64,000 bases of DNA from a virus (IMGVR_UViG_3300024257_000004), one strand, 5' to 3'. Positions 29,889 through 39,528 are shown, counted from the first letter of the stretch. A program made the numbers and translations. Notes: generated by a model not told the origin, from the sequence alone.

Positions 29889-30476
29889 TCGTATGTGTGC
29901 ACTATAACTGGTGCACACACCAGGATTCTTTTATATCCCGAATTCCCTTACCATCGGCAATAGCTTACGGCTATCAATCTGATAAACACAATAGGAAGAG
30001 GTTAGAAGTAAACTCCTGCCTCGTACTATTGATTATGTAGTGCGTCTGCCGTCTGATCACTACCCGTTTGTTCGTAGGCTACGTATTCGAGATAAGTGAA
30101 TATCCAATAACTCTACACCTGTGCTTTCACTAGCGTTTCATGCAGATCAGTTAGATCACCTAACAACTATACACCGTGAGCATCTCTTCCAGAGGTCGAC
30201 GTTTGGGAGACTCTATAACTGCTGTATAACGTGTACTTGACGGATCAATGTCTTTTGGGCTCTACTGTGACTTAGCCTAGGATGTCTGCTTGTTTCGGCA
30301 CGTTCCTAGGTACAGTTGATGTATAGCTGTTAGCTAATCTAAATACTCAAGCAGACCAAGTCTTGAGCAATCTTTAGGGTCAGCCCTCGACCAAAGGGTA
30401 TAAATTATATAGAAGTCTTTTAGGCTCATACTCAGGAGCTAGGTCTAGTTATTAGGGTCAAGGTGACCACACCTGG

Positions 30477-30719
30477 TTAAATAGTGTCTTTGATTCTAAT
30501 TATAAGATCTTTCAAGTCAAGGTATTCATCATACTCTGATTTGCTGAGTATATAACCATCAAGTGAGAATGTAGTTAAAGAATCAGGACTAGAATCATCC
30601 CAATTTAACAGTCCAGAAAATGTAGCTAGATTGACTTCTGTGCCTAATTTCTCACTAGCATATACTAAGAACGGTTTAGCGGTCTCACTTTGTAATTCTA
30701 TACGTAGTTTTCGTTCCAT
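30477..30719 (-). CDS. Hypothetical protein
   Basis: 80-aa ORF. Confidence 0.4.
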   Translation of the reverse strand: MERKLRIELQSETAKPFLVYASEKLGTEVNLATFSGLLNWDDSSPDSLTTFSLDGYILSKSEYDEYLDLKDLIIRIKDTI

Positions 30720-30931
30720 TACTTATTCCTTATAGCTTCTACATATGTTTTGCAATCCTTAACCCAAATTACACCTGCGTGACTTTGAAAGTCTGGTACA
30801 GATTTGCACTGTTCAAGTCCTGCCTTAGCTAATGCTATGTCAGACTCCATTTGCTGCTTATTGTAAGTTGTTATACCCAGTGTAAGTACTATAAAACCTA
30901 CAAGTACTGCTATTATTAATGTTGTATTCAC
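30719..30931 (-). CDS. Small membrane protein
   Basis: 70 aa with an N-terminal transmembrane helix (TLIIAVLVGFIVLTLGI). Confidence 0.45.
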   Translation of the reverse strand: MNTTLIIAVLVGFIVLTLGITTYNKQQMESDIALAKAGLEQCKSVPDFQSHAGVIWVKDCKTYVEAIRNK

Positions 30932-31344
30932 TATATTTCCTTTGTATTTTAATCTTCATTTATTACTATTAACTAAAAGCACCTAAAGGATCCGACTATA
31001 CTACATGCATTCGTATAGTCGATTATGTCGTAGTTTTCCAACAATGAAGGTCAAAGACCATTTACATACGTCCTACGCGTTAGTATGTCATATCACCAGC
31101 AAGGTTTCCCTATATGGATATTGTTGATGCTCTTAATTAATAATAAATAGTAGTGTAGATTTGCGTGTTCGCATTATACTGATAAAATTTCCCTTACTGT
31201 TAACATATAAAAATAATTTGTGTATAAATTTAAAGACTTCACGACTAAGTCATCTGGCTCTACTATGTGAACTGTTCAGGATTTAGTCGATTTGACAGTC
31301 TGTTTCTGCTATTGTATAGGCTCTATACTTCGTCTACCTATACA

Positions 31345-31557
31345 TTATTCTCCACTTACAAAAGAATCTTCTTTGTAAGTAATAGGGTTTTTAAAGAAAC
31401 TGTCTTTAGCTTTTATACACTTAAAATTCGATACGTCTAATTGCTTAAAGCCTACAATATACTCACTGTTAAATTGGGGTTTACGTTCTACAGTAATTCC
31501 AATAAAGTAAAGAGTAGCTAGTGCTCCAGCTGCAGCTGAGATTATATGAGAAAGCAT
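31345..31557 (-). CDS. Small membrane protein
   Basis: 70 aa with an N-terminal transmembrane helix. Confidence 0.4.
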   Translation of the reverse strand: MLSHIISAAAGALATLYFIGITVERKPQFNSEYIVGFKQLDVSNFKCIKAKDSFFKNPITYKEDSFVSGE

Positions 31558-31565
31558 AATAGTTC

Positions 31566-32432
31566 CTACTTAGTATTAACTATAACCGGGACGTTTCCAC
31601 CCATAAGTGTTGTTGGTAACTTACCATCCCACTTAGTTAATTCTTGTTCTCTAAGTTCAAGTCTTCTAAGCTCTAATAAGTCTTTAGTAATACCTGAAGC
31701 GATCTTCTTATTGTAGTCAGCAATTCTCTTAGCTTCAATCATTTTAATGTTGTACTCACCTTTAGCGATAGCTTCTCTACCCTTTAGTTTAGTTAACTCA
31801 ATTTGAACTTGTGCTTCTTCCTTTTCAATAGCCATTCTTCTTTCTTTAGCTTTTTCAATAGCTTCAGTTACGATTGCTGGATATTCAATACTTCCGATAG
31901 TTACATCAGAGATTTCGATAGGTAAGTGGTCTAGCTTAGGTTTAATTGCATTATATAGTTCTACAGTAATTCTAGCATAATTCGTATTTACTTCATCAAC
32001 ATTGTACTGTGATATAACTTCTCTCGCTGTATTAAGTACTACCATTTTACCGTAAGTATTATATACCTCGTCTGTAGTAACTATCTTATCGTCCATTTGC
32101 ATATCATTAAAGATTGTACTGATAGTTTTGTTATCACCACTAATTCTTCCTCTGAATACTATATGAGCTTTCAATGTAAGTTTATCTTTAAGCAATACTT
32201 TAATTGGTTGAGAATATTTCTTAGTTGTTGTTTGTACTAAAAACATTTTTTCAGGAGTTAAATTCCAAATATTGTTATTTAACCAAACTTTAGATGGAGG
32301 GTATACTTCTGGCTGGAAACCAGTTTTACCCATAATTTTACCTTTGTGTCCTGCTGGGACTTGCGTGTTACAGCCTGTAAATCCAAACATCACCAAACCG
32401 GCTAATACTAATACTATTAATTGTTTTTTCAT
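31566..32432 (-). CDS. Lipoprotein with SPFH/band-7 (prohibitin-like) domain
   Basis: The signal peptide has a lipobox (LVMFGFTGC). The C-terminal region has SPFH-like and coiled-coil features (IEKEEAQVQIELTKLKGREAIAKGEYNIKMIEAKR...). Confidence 0.55.
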   Translation of the reverse strand: MKKQLIVLVLAGLVMFGFTGCNTQVPAGHKGKIMGKTGFQPEVYPPSKVWLNNNIWNLTPEKMFLVQTTTKKYSQPIKVLLKDKLTLKAHIVFRGRISGDNKTISTIFNDMQMDDKIVTTDEVYNTYGKMVVLNTAREVISQYNVDEVNTNYARITVELYNAIKPKLDHLPIEISDVTIGSIEYPAIVTEAIEKAKERRMAIEKEEAQVQIELTKLKGREAIAKGEYNIKMIEAKRIADYNKKIASGITKDLLELRRLELREQELTKWDGKLPTTLMGGNVPVIVNTK

Positions 32433-32455
32433 TTATTTTCCTTTGCGCTAGACGA

Positions 32456-32680
32456 CTAAGCGCCTAGTAGTTTATCAAGTTGTTCGATTGTGTTTGTAGC
32501 CTGTACAATACTGGCATCGTTATCAGCATTCTCTGCATCTAACAACTCCATTGTTTTTAAGTTAGTATTAATACTTTCTTGACATAAATTAATACCCTCT
32601 TGAAGCTTAGTTTTTACACTTTCAAACTGACTTAGTGTTGACTTAATTAAGTCACTTCCGTTTTGTTTCATACTAAACAT
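32456..32680 (-). CDS. Hypothetical protein
   Basis: 74-aa ORF. Confidence 0.4.
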   Translation of the reverse strand: MFSMKQNGSDLIKSTLSQFESVKTKLQEGINLCQESINTNLKTMELLDAENADNDASIVQATNTIEQLDKLLGA

Positions 32681-32688
32681 GTTTTCTC

Positions 32689-33018
32689 CTATTTTAAATC
32701 TTCAGCTGATATACCGAAGTCTTTGTTAACCGATTTATCAAATGAGTTATCTATTGTTTTAGCTGGTAGTACTTTTGATTGCTCAATTTGAGTATTCGCA
32801 TAGTCAGTTTTAGCTTTAGTATTTACATCCATTTTTACTGGTGATATAATCTGCAGTACTAGTATAACTAATGATACGGTAGTCCACTTATTCCATAATT
32901 TGTTATCACCAGCTTCAAAAGATGCTTGAGACGTTCTCCATGCTTTATACAAAGCAAGTAAGAATGCTGCACTAAAAGCTAGTTTAGCTAACCAGAACCA
33001 TTGTAATGTTAATTCCAT
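32689..33018 (-). CDS. Membrane protein
   Basis: 109 aa with two N-terminal transmembrane helices. Confidence 0.45.
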   Translation of the reverse strand: MELTLQWFWLAKLAFSAAFLLALYKAWRTSQASFEAGDNKLWNKWTTVSLVILVLQIISPVKMDVNTKAKTDYANTQIEQSKVLPAKTIDNSFDKSVNKDFGISAEDLK

Positions 33019-33046
33019 ATTTTCTCCTTTCGTAAAATTGTAATTA

Positions 33047-33454
33047 CTACTTTTTCATCGCTTGTAAGTCTTTAATAGACATTTCAGCTAATTGTGCATT
33101 TTTCTTCTTTTCAATAAGATCATCTATCATATCGTTATGTGAAGTATTTGCTTTAGCTGACTGAATTGCTAATTTATCGTCTTGTTTAGTTTTAATAATA
33201 TCTACAACTAAATTAAGTTGTAGTTCAGCTAATGTATCTGGTTCAGTTGTGTCTAGAAAGGATTTCTTTTTTGACTGCTTAAACTGCGAATGAAGCTCCA
33301 TAGCAATATCATTTAGTTGTGCTGGAGTTAATTGCCATAGCTGTTGTACGTTAAGTACACCTTTAGTTGATTGGAATGTCCAATTGTGTTTTGTTGCTTC
33401 TTTGAATAAATTCATATTATTTCCTTTGTTATTTGTGGTTGCCAATTTGGCCAT
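33047..33454 (-). CDS. Hypothetical protein
   Basis: 135-aa ORF. Confidence 0.45.
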   Translation of the reverse strand: MAKLATTNNKGNNMNLFKEATKHNWTFQSTKGVLNVQQLWQLTPAQLNDIAMELHSQFKQSKKKSFLDTTEPDTLAELQLNLVVDIIKTKQDDKLAIQSAKANTSHNDMIDDLIEKKKNAQLAEMSIKDLQAMKK

Positions 33455-33458
33455 AAGG

Positions 33459-33540
33459 TTACCATATCAGGAATCGAACCTGAGACATCTTGCTTGTTTG
33501 CATTTTAAGGCAAGCGCTCTACCGACTGAGCTATACGGTA
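33459..33540 (-). tRNA. tRNA, type II (long variable arm), Leu-like with UAA in the anticodon loop; anticodon stem-loop irregular (4-bp stem, 8-nt loop)
   Basis: The minus-strand RNA reads UACCGUA-UA-GCUC-AGUCGGUA-GAGC-G-CUUGC-CUUAAAAU-GCAA-(14-nt variable)-UCAGG-UUCGAUU-CCUGA-UAUGGUA-A. The acceptor, D-arm and T-arm are canonical. Confidence 0.6.
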
Positions 33541-33546
33541 ATAGGT

Positions 33547-33692
33547 TACTCGAGTAGGGATTGAACCTACGGCCTTCATCGTGTAATGGTAAATCTGCTA
33601 GGATTTGAACCTAGAACCCCTAGACTAAGCTAGTGCTCTAACCAGTTGAGCTACAGATTTTGGATGACGCTCTACCACTGAGCTACCGAGTA
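33547..33692 (-). tRNA. tRNA-like gene interrupted in its anticodon loop by a complete second tRNA gene (outer gene; probable pseudo-tRNA or processed composite)
   Basis: The 5' half reads UACUCGG-UA-GCUC-AGUGGUA-GAGC-G-UCAUC-CA. The 3' half reads UUACAC-GAUGA-AGGCC-GUAGG-UUCAAUC-CCUAC-UCGAGUA-A. The acceptor halves (UACUCGG/UCGAGUA) and anticodon-stem halves (UCAUC/GAUGA) are complementary across a 73-nt insert. Confidence 0.5.
33588..33660 (-). tRNA. tRNA nested inside the anticodon loop of the outer tRNA-like gene (encoded CCA; anticodon arm noncanonical)
   Basis: The RNA reads AAAUCUG-UA-GCUC-AACUGGUUA-GAGC-...-CUAGG-UUCAAAU-CCUAG-CAGAUUU-A-CCA. The acceptor stem, D-arm and T-arm are perfect. 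The anticodon region (ACUAG-CUUAGU-CUAGG) has only a 6-nt loop. Confidence 0.5.
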
Positions 33693-33708
33693 ATGGGTAT
33701 ATAACGTA

Positions 33709-35703
33709 CTAAAATTGTACGTTATATAGTTTTGTTGAATTAGGGTTAGTCACTTTAAGTACTACCTCGTTATTCACTGTAGAGCTGAAGCCTAGTCCAG
33801 CTAATTGTTCATTCGCTGCTTCTACTTTCATTTTAGATGCTAATACTTCGAATACTTTACGGTGTTCATTAAGATTAGCGGCTAAGAATTCGTTATAGAA
33901 TCCTCTAACTTGATCAGTAGTCTTACAACCATCTAGTATAAACATATAATGCTTATTACCGGTAGAGTTATCTTGCCAATGGTTAGGGGATAACATAATA
34001 TTATTTACTTTAACAAACTGCTGAGTTTTAACACCATAAATAGTTTTAGATGACTGAGAATGGGTTAAGTGGTGTGTAATAGTTATATTTCCAGAAGAAT
34101 CCACAACTAATGTCGCTATCCTAACGTTTTCCTTGTCACTAAGTGGTTTATGGTAACTGTATTCAAATACTTCTCCGTTAAACTCAATTTCTGCTTTGAA
34201 ACCTGATGTGGCTCCTCTAGCTGAAAAGTTATTTACAGCGTATTCATATATACCTTGTTTTACTTTACCGTGAGCATGAACAATGTTCTCTACTGCCACT
34301 TTACTACCCGGGCTAGTAATATCAACATCAAGGTTAAATGCTGCATTACCTTTATTTGAGTATTTGATATGACCGTATGGTGATTTACAGTATAAGTCAA
34401 GATCATCTGGATTATCGTTATCTTCATTCCACATAATAGAACACCTAGTTGCTCCGTCTACTTTACCCCCAAATGACTGCACTAGTTGCTTCATAGAGTC
34501 AGTAACGTTACCATTATAAGACCATGTAAAATTGTTATCCCATTTAAGTAAGTGCTTAGACTCATTAATAGGTGCTATAATATTCATAAAGTTGGATTGG
34601 TGTTTGTTATCAACTAAAGCTTCTATAGATTGTGCATTAGGTAATTGATGTGCTAAGAAATCTTCAATTGAGATATCCTGAGCATTATCAGTAGTTGGTT
34701 TCTTAACTTTTACTTCTTGTTTAAGCAGATCTGCTACACCACCTTTCATTAGAGATTGAACTGCAGTATCAGAGAATAATACGTCATTTACATTAACATC
34801 ATGAATAGTTGCATGTCTTCTAGCTAAAGAAGGCTCAAGGTCAAGTTCAGTGATAGTTTCCATTGCTTTATTAATCATACCCTGTGTAATAAGAGATTTA
34901 CTACGTTTATAGTTCTGAGGAGCTACTTTAGCTTCAAAAGACTTAACTGCAGATACTAAGTCGACTCCATTAGATAGGTCCTCAACTAATGTACCAATAA
35001 CTGTGTTCTTGAACCTAGCTGCTGGGTTATTATAATTTTCAAATCCGAAGAGTCTCTTTGTACCAGAGTACGACAGTGATTTGTTAAATAAATCTTTGAA
35101 CTGTTTAACAGCCTTAAGATGCTCGTCCCCTCTGTACAGAGAATTAGATTCAATAAGTTCAATAACATCATTAAGTGCGGATAGTTTAAACGATTCAATA
35201 GCTGTAGTTAACATAGTTGCTGAAGTAGTTGCTTGTCCAGTAATTTCTCCGACACTAGGGCCTTTAAACAGGCTAGAAGGCATCTCACAGTGGAAATGAT
35301 TCCAGTTAATAACTGAACCGTCAGGTAAGGTTTGTTTAGATTCATATGCTCCGTATTTCTTCTCAGAAGCATAAAATACTGAGTGAATAGGTTTAGTTTT
35401 TACGTAAGCTGACATACTATCTGCTACAGCTTGGTACTCATCATCAACAATTATATCCCATACTGAAATAAAGTTACCATCTTTTACTGCTACTAAATTA
35501 CCTACGTTTCTGATAAAGTTCTTACAACATGAACAATCATGCTTAGTGTTAGTGATGTAGGTAGGATTAGTTCCTTCCGGGAACGCATTAAGGTAATGTT
35601 CTTTAATTTCGTCTCTATCGATATTCATTCTGAATAGTGGGTAGTTATTCGCCATATGGTTGAATTGGTTGTGCACTAATTGTGCGAATTGTTTAAAATT
35701 CAT
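33709..35703 (-). CDS. Hypothetical large protein (664 aa)
   Basis: Long ORF with good codon periodicity and no recognised catalytic motif. It is adjacent to the tRNA-like cluster. Confidence 0.55.
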   Translation of the reverse strand: MNFKQFAQLVHNQFNHMANNYPLFRMNIDRDEIKEHYLNAFPEGTNPTYITNTKHDCSCCKNFIRNVGNLVAVKDGNFISVWDIIVDDEYQAVADSMSAYVKTKPIHSVFYASEKKYGAYESKQTLPDGSVINWNHFHCEMPSSLFKGPSVGEITGQATTSATMLTTAIESFKLSALNDVIELIESNSLYRGDEHLKAVKQFKDLFNKSLSYSGTKRLFGFENYNNPAARFKNTVIGTLVEDLSNGVDLVSAVKSFEAKVAPQNYKRSKSLITQGMINKAMETITELDLEPSLARRHATIHDVNVNDVLFSDTAVQSLMKGGVADLLKQEVKVKKPTTDNAQDISIEDFLAHQLPNAQSIEALVDNKHQSNFMNIIAPINESKHLLKWDNNFTWSYNGNVTDSMKQLVQSFGGKVDGATRCSIMWNEDNDNPDDLDLYCKSPYGHIKYSNKGNAAFNLDVDITSPGSKVAVENIVHAHGKVKQGIYEYAVNNFSARGATSGFKAEIEFNGEVFEYSYHKPLSDKENVRIATLVVDSSGNITITHHLTHSQSSKTIYGVKTQQFVKVNNIMLSPNHWQDNSTGNKHYMFILDGCKTTDQVRGFYNEFLAANLNEHRKVFEVLASKMKVEAANEQLAGLGFSSTVNNEVVLKVTNPNSTKLYNVQF

Positions 35704-36197
35704 AATATTTCCTTTGTAGGTTGGTTTGTGCTAAAATATGGATTAGTTTTAGCCATTTCGATAAGTATTGATCCGTGAATGTTAATAAGTTTATATCCCT
35801 CTTTCAGTGCTGCGTTAACTACTGTCGTGCCGGTATGAGCGTCACTTGCCTTATAGATGAAATAATCCTGGCAAGTAGAAAAGTCCACAGTCGCATCGAT
35901 AGCTGGTACGTAAACTACGTATTCTGAAGGTATAACAAAATTACCTAAGTTATCACTGTAAAGTTCTATCCCAAGTTCGTGGCTGTTTCCTTTTCTAAAT
36001 GGAAACGTTTTGTAAAATTCCTTATTACGTAAAATACGTTTAGTAACTTCTTTTCTGAAGGTATAATCATCAGTATTATCATGTCTATTAATTATACTGA
36101 ATAAAAAATGATCATTTGAAGCTTTCTGTAAGGCATCAAAGAAATCTGGTGTAAACTGCCAGTACTCGTCCTGTTGTTTGTGGATAACTGGTAGCAT
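35700..36197 (-). CDS. Hypothetical protein
   Basis: 165-aa ORF whose start overlaps the upstream stop. Confidence 0.5.
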   Translation of the reverse strand: MLPVIHKQQDEYWQFTPDFFDALQKASNDHFLFSIINRHDNTDDYTFRKEVTKRILRNKEFYKTFPFRKGNSHELGIELYSDNLGNFVIPSEYVVYVPAIDATVDFSTCQDYFIYKASDAHTGTTVVNAALKEGYKLINIHGSILIEMAKTNPYFSTNQPTKEIL

Positions 36198-36922
36198 TAG
36201 ATTCCTCCTTCAGCTGATTCAGATTGATTAATAAGTATTATATTAGTATTAGTAGACTTAGCCAGTTCAATAAGAGCTTGCTTAAGTACTGAATAGTACG
36301 TAGTATTTGTGTAAGCAGTATAAATCTGCACTTTAGTTATGTCTGAAAAACCCAAAGAAAACTTACTGAGCTTAAATAGCTCACGATGGTTGTCTTCTGA
36401 AAGTTTAATTAGTAATTTATTAGGTATATAATTAGATAAATAAGTAATAGAGTGGTTGATCTGTGTACGTTTACGGTCATTAACTAGTGCTTGTACTAGC
36501 CAAGGTTTTGCGTTATGGGTAGTAGGGTTTATACAAACCTCGTGTAGTAATAAGTCACACTCAGTAATGTATGAGTCATACTGTGAAATTAAATGATCAG
36601 ATGCTGTAATACTCGATAAAAATTCATCGTTTGTGTATACGTATGGGTTTACTTCAAACAGTGTACCTTCAGAGTTAATTGGTTTACGGAATTTACTAAA
36701 ACACGTACTAGTGGTAATGTACGTAAAGTTACTGATTTGGTACTTAAGTTCATCGAAGTACAAAGCTAACTTCTGCTGTTCAATGGCTAACTTCTCACGC
36801 TTAAGTTGAGAAATATCGTCAGTAACGGGCAGTTTATTGTAATCCTGTTGAAGGTCAATGTCTGCAATTAAGAGTTTATCTAGTTGTTTTTGCAGTTTAC
36901 GCTGGTTATACCAATCAAACAT
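36197..36922 (-). CDS. Hypothetical protein
   Basis: 241-aa ORF. Confidence 0.5.
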   Translation of the reverse strand: MFDWYNQRKLQKQLDKLLIADIDLQQDYNKLPVTDDISQLKREKLAIEQQKLALYFDELKYQISNFTYITTSTCFSKFRKPINSEGTLFEVNPYVYTNDEFLSSITASDHLISQYDSYITECDLLLHEVCINPTTHNAKPWLVQALVNDRKRTQINHSITYLSNYIPNKLLIKLSEDNHRELFKLSKFSLGFSDITKVQIYTAYTNTTYYSVLKQALIELAKSTNTNIILINQSESAEGGI

Positions 36923-36937
36923 AATAAACTCCTTTAG

Positions 36938-37729
36938 TTAGTTGTTATACTGTTTCGCCAGGTCTAAAATTTTATCATATAACCCTAATTTGAACTCAAA
37001 ATCAGCGTCAATACTTTTAATAGGGAATGACTCTGTGTACTGTTCAATACTAGATACTGGAGCATTCGTCATAGCGTATAAAGCTTTTAGTTCTTCTAAA
37101 GATTCAATAGTAAAAGTCACTTGTACTGGTCTAAACTTATTAGACGGAAGGTTCAATGTATAGTTAACTGGTTCTAGCATAGCTGATGCATATGAGTAAG
37201 CAACTTCGGTAAGCTCTACAGTTAAATCGTCAACTATGTCAACGATTTTATTACTGTGAAAAAGCATACCCCGCAGAAGAGTAGCTTCGCCATACTTAGT
37301 ATCGAGGGTAAGGTTAGGTTTGAGTTGGACTTCATCACCTACGTCATAGTATACCTCGTCAGTAATAACTACAAAGCTGCTATCCGCTATAGTACTAACT
37401 CTTAGTACTACCCCGACATTGTTAGTTACAATGCCATTAGTTACTACATAGGTTTTACCTGGAGTAAAAGTATCCCCCTCCCAGTTTGTACACATAATTA
37501 GATATTGATCAGCTAAGGTAGTAGTCTGGCTAAGAGAGGCAGTCCGTACTTTACGGAAGTGTTTGGAAGTATGCCAACAATTTGTACCGTCATGACTATT
37601 TAACGCTATAGTAATTACAGCCTTATCTATCAGTTTACCTACTAAATAAAAGTTTCCAGCTATAAGGTTACCCTTTGGTGACGATTCTACACGTACTACT
37701 ATGTCTCCTGGTAAAATAGTTTGTCTCAT
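36938..37729 (-). CDS. Hypothetical protein
   Basis: 263-aa ORF. Confidence 0.5.
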   Translation of the reverse strand: MRQTILPGDIVVRVESSPKGNLIAGNFYLVGKLIDKAVITIALNSHDGTNCWHTSKHFRKVRTASLSQTTTLADQYLIMCTNWEGDTFTPGKTYVVTNGIVTNNVGVVLRVSTIADSSFVVITDEVYYDVGDEVQLKPNLTLDTKYGEATLLRGMLFHSNKIVDIVDDLTVELTEVAYSYASAMLEPVNYTLNLPSNKFRPVQVTFTIESLEELKALYAMTNAPVSSIEQYTESFPIKSIDADFEFKLGLYDKILDLAKQYNN

Positions 37730-37731
37730 AA

Positions 37732-38529
37732 TTAGCCCTCAGTTACAGTTGGTTGGATTTTCTCCCAGATTGTATCAATAGTTTTATCAAGATTGAAATC
37801 TGCAATTGATACTGTATTAGTTGGTTCACCAATAGTTGAATTACTGTTGTTTGGATTAAGTAACTCATATGAAGCCCATCCAAATGTACGTTTAGAGTCT
37901 GCAGTAAAGAATAAAAATTCTTCAGGTTTAATAGGCTGTCTGAACTTTTTCAAGCAGTAAGAGTAGCAAGTTGGAGTATCTGTACCAACATGGTTAATTA
38001 CAAATACTCTGATTGATACTAGTCTAGCTAATTCTTTACAAAGTGCGTATAATGCGTAAGCATTGTTCTCAATTACCTTGTCATCTATACTCCATGAGTA
38101 TGATAAGTTAATATAAATATCGTGGAATAGTTTACTGTCATCCATAGCTGTGTTCTGGAAGTAGCAATCACGTTTACCAAGCATAACTCTCTGCTTAGAT
38201 AATACACCTGTGTTCTGAGAAGTAAATGATACATCCCCGTAGAGCATTTTAGTAGTAAATCCTCTAGAGTGCAGTTTATCTTTTACTTCCCTAGCAACGT
38301 CTGCGTATAACGTAGAGTAAGATCCATTCTTTGTTTGGATATCTTTATATTTCTCTTTACCTTCAGTAATAAGATCTATTGCCTCACTGTCAGTAGTCGG
38401 TGTGTTAATAATATCATTCATGAAATCAATAGGATTTTCATAGTGATTATAGATTGTATTATCAACCCATCGTTTATCTAAATGCGCTTCAATAGCTTTA
38501 GCAGGTTTGTTAGTTTGTGTGTTTTTCAT
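37732..38529 (-). CDS. Hypothetical protein
   Basis: 265-aa ORF. Confidence 0.5.
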   Translation of the reverse strand: MKNTQTNKPAKAIEAHLDKRWVDNTIYNHYENPIDFMNDIINTPTTDSEAIDLITEGKEKYKDIQTKNGSYSTLYADVAREVKDKLHSRGFTTKMLYGDVSFTSQNTGVLSKQRVMLGKRDCYFQNTAMDDSKLFHDIYINLSYSWSIDDKVIENNAYALYALCKELARLVSIRVFVINHVGTDTPTCYSYCLKKFRQPIKPEEFLFFTADSKRTFGWASYELLNPNNSNSTIGEPTNTVSIADFNLDKTIDTIWEKIQPTVTEG

Positions 38530-38531
38530 GG

Positions 38532-38882
38532 TTAGTCCTTATTGTTACCAAATTCGGTATAATTATCGTATAGCCAAGCGGCTAATGGTTGTATTGTATG
38601 GATGTTAGTGGAAAATAGTTTATCAAAAGGTCTATCGTTATAAGCATAAATAAAATCACTTTCTACTAAGTCTGTAATACTAAGTACAATAGGAAAAGTA
38701 TAGGGAGTTGCTGTTGCTAAGCTATCACGTAAATTATCAATCAATTTCATCTTTAAGGTATTTACCCATACGTTAATTACATAGTTTTTTATCTTATCGT
38801 AATCGTATTTGTCGTTTATTTGTATACAAAACTTTGGAATACATAGTGTAGCATTAAGGTTATTCATTATGTACACTCCCAC
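38532..38882 (-). CDS. Hypothetical protein, member 3 of a tandem three-gene paralog family
   Basis: 116 aa sharing the pattern W(Y)..(V/H)...LIDxLRD...YP(I/L)...I..........PLA(D)WL..NY with the two adjacent ORFs. Confidence 0.5.
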   Translation of the reverse strand: MGVYIMNNLNATLCIPKFCIQINDKYDYDKIKNYVINVWVNTLKMKLIDNLRDSLATATPYTFPIVLSITDLVESDFIYAYNDRPFDKLFSTNIHTIQPLAAWLYDNYTEFGNNKD

Positions 38883-39205
38883 AGTTTAGCTGTAACACCA
38901 GATTTTCCGTGCAGGTTATAGTTAGTTTGTAACCAGTCAGCTAACGGCATTACACAAGCTATACTTGTATGCAATGAATCAGAAAAGTCTTTATCTTTAG
39001 TGTTATAAGTAAAATCATACTCTTTCATAGCTTCTATTGTAACTAATAAAGGGTAAGTAGAAGTTTTACGCGGATAACCTTTTATTTTATCCCTCAAGTC
39101 AATAAGTCCCCAAGCACAATGAATACTATACCAAATCCGTGAGAGGTAGCTGTTAATTACTTTGTGCTCGTCAGCGTCTGCTATGGTAATAGTAAAATTA
39201 ATCAT
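38867..39205 (-). CDS. Hypothetical protein, member 2 of the tandem paralog family
   Basis: 112 aa with the motifs IWYSIHCAWGLIDLRDKI...YPLLVTIEA...MPLADWLQTNY. Confidence 0.5.
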   Translation of the reverse strand: MINFTITIADADEHKVINSYLSRIWYSIHCAWGLIDLRDKIKGYPRKTSTYPLLVTIEAMKEYDFTYNTKDKDFSDSLHTSIACVMPLADWLQTNYNLHGKSGVTAKLWECT

Positions 39206-39525
39206 TACACACGCTCCGGGTTGTTTTTAGTTAAATTAGCTATTAACCAGTCATTAAACGGAATAAATTCTGGTATAGTTGTAGTAGGTAACGTTGAGAT
39301 ACTGGATACACGACGTAATAAACTTATTTTAAAGTCTACTGGATCTGCTTCTATGTGTAAAGTTATTGGATACTGTAAAGTTCCCTCCGAATCGTAGTAA
39401 AATGCACGTAGTTCATCTATCAGTGAAACGCGTACGTTATACCATAAAAAGCAGAAATACCTATCGTAAAAATCATCAAAGTGTTCTGTATTATTAATAA
39501 TTAAGCTGAACTTAGCAGATTCCAT
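39205..39525 (-). CDS. Hypothetical protein, member 1 of the tandem paralog family
   Basis: 106 aa with the motifs FLWYNVRVSLIDELRAFY...YPITLHIEA...IPFNDWLIANL. Confidence 0.5.
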   Translation of the reverse strand: MESAKFSLIINNTEHFDDFYDRYFCFLWYNVRVSLIDELRAFYYDSEGTLQYPITLHIEADPVDFKISLLRRVSSISTLPTTTIPEFIPFNDWLIANLTKNNPERV

Positions 39526-39528
39526 GGA

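Noticed and set aside
29542-30040. Three short overlapping ORFs (69, 61 and 86 aa) in the ORF-poor 1-kb region
   Set aside because: They overlap each other and the tRNA-like gene and are Pro/Gly/Arg-rich, as expected from GC-rich non-coding sequence. The region is treated as non-coding or structured RNA.
30993-31021. A 9-bp hairpin CGACTATAC-loop-GTATAGTCG as a terminator
   Set aside because: The flanking U-runs are weak or interrupted on both strands. It is possibly a terminator or processing site, but the evidence is insufficient to call it.
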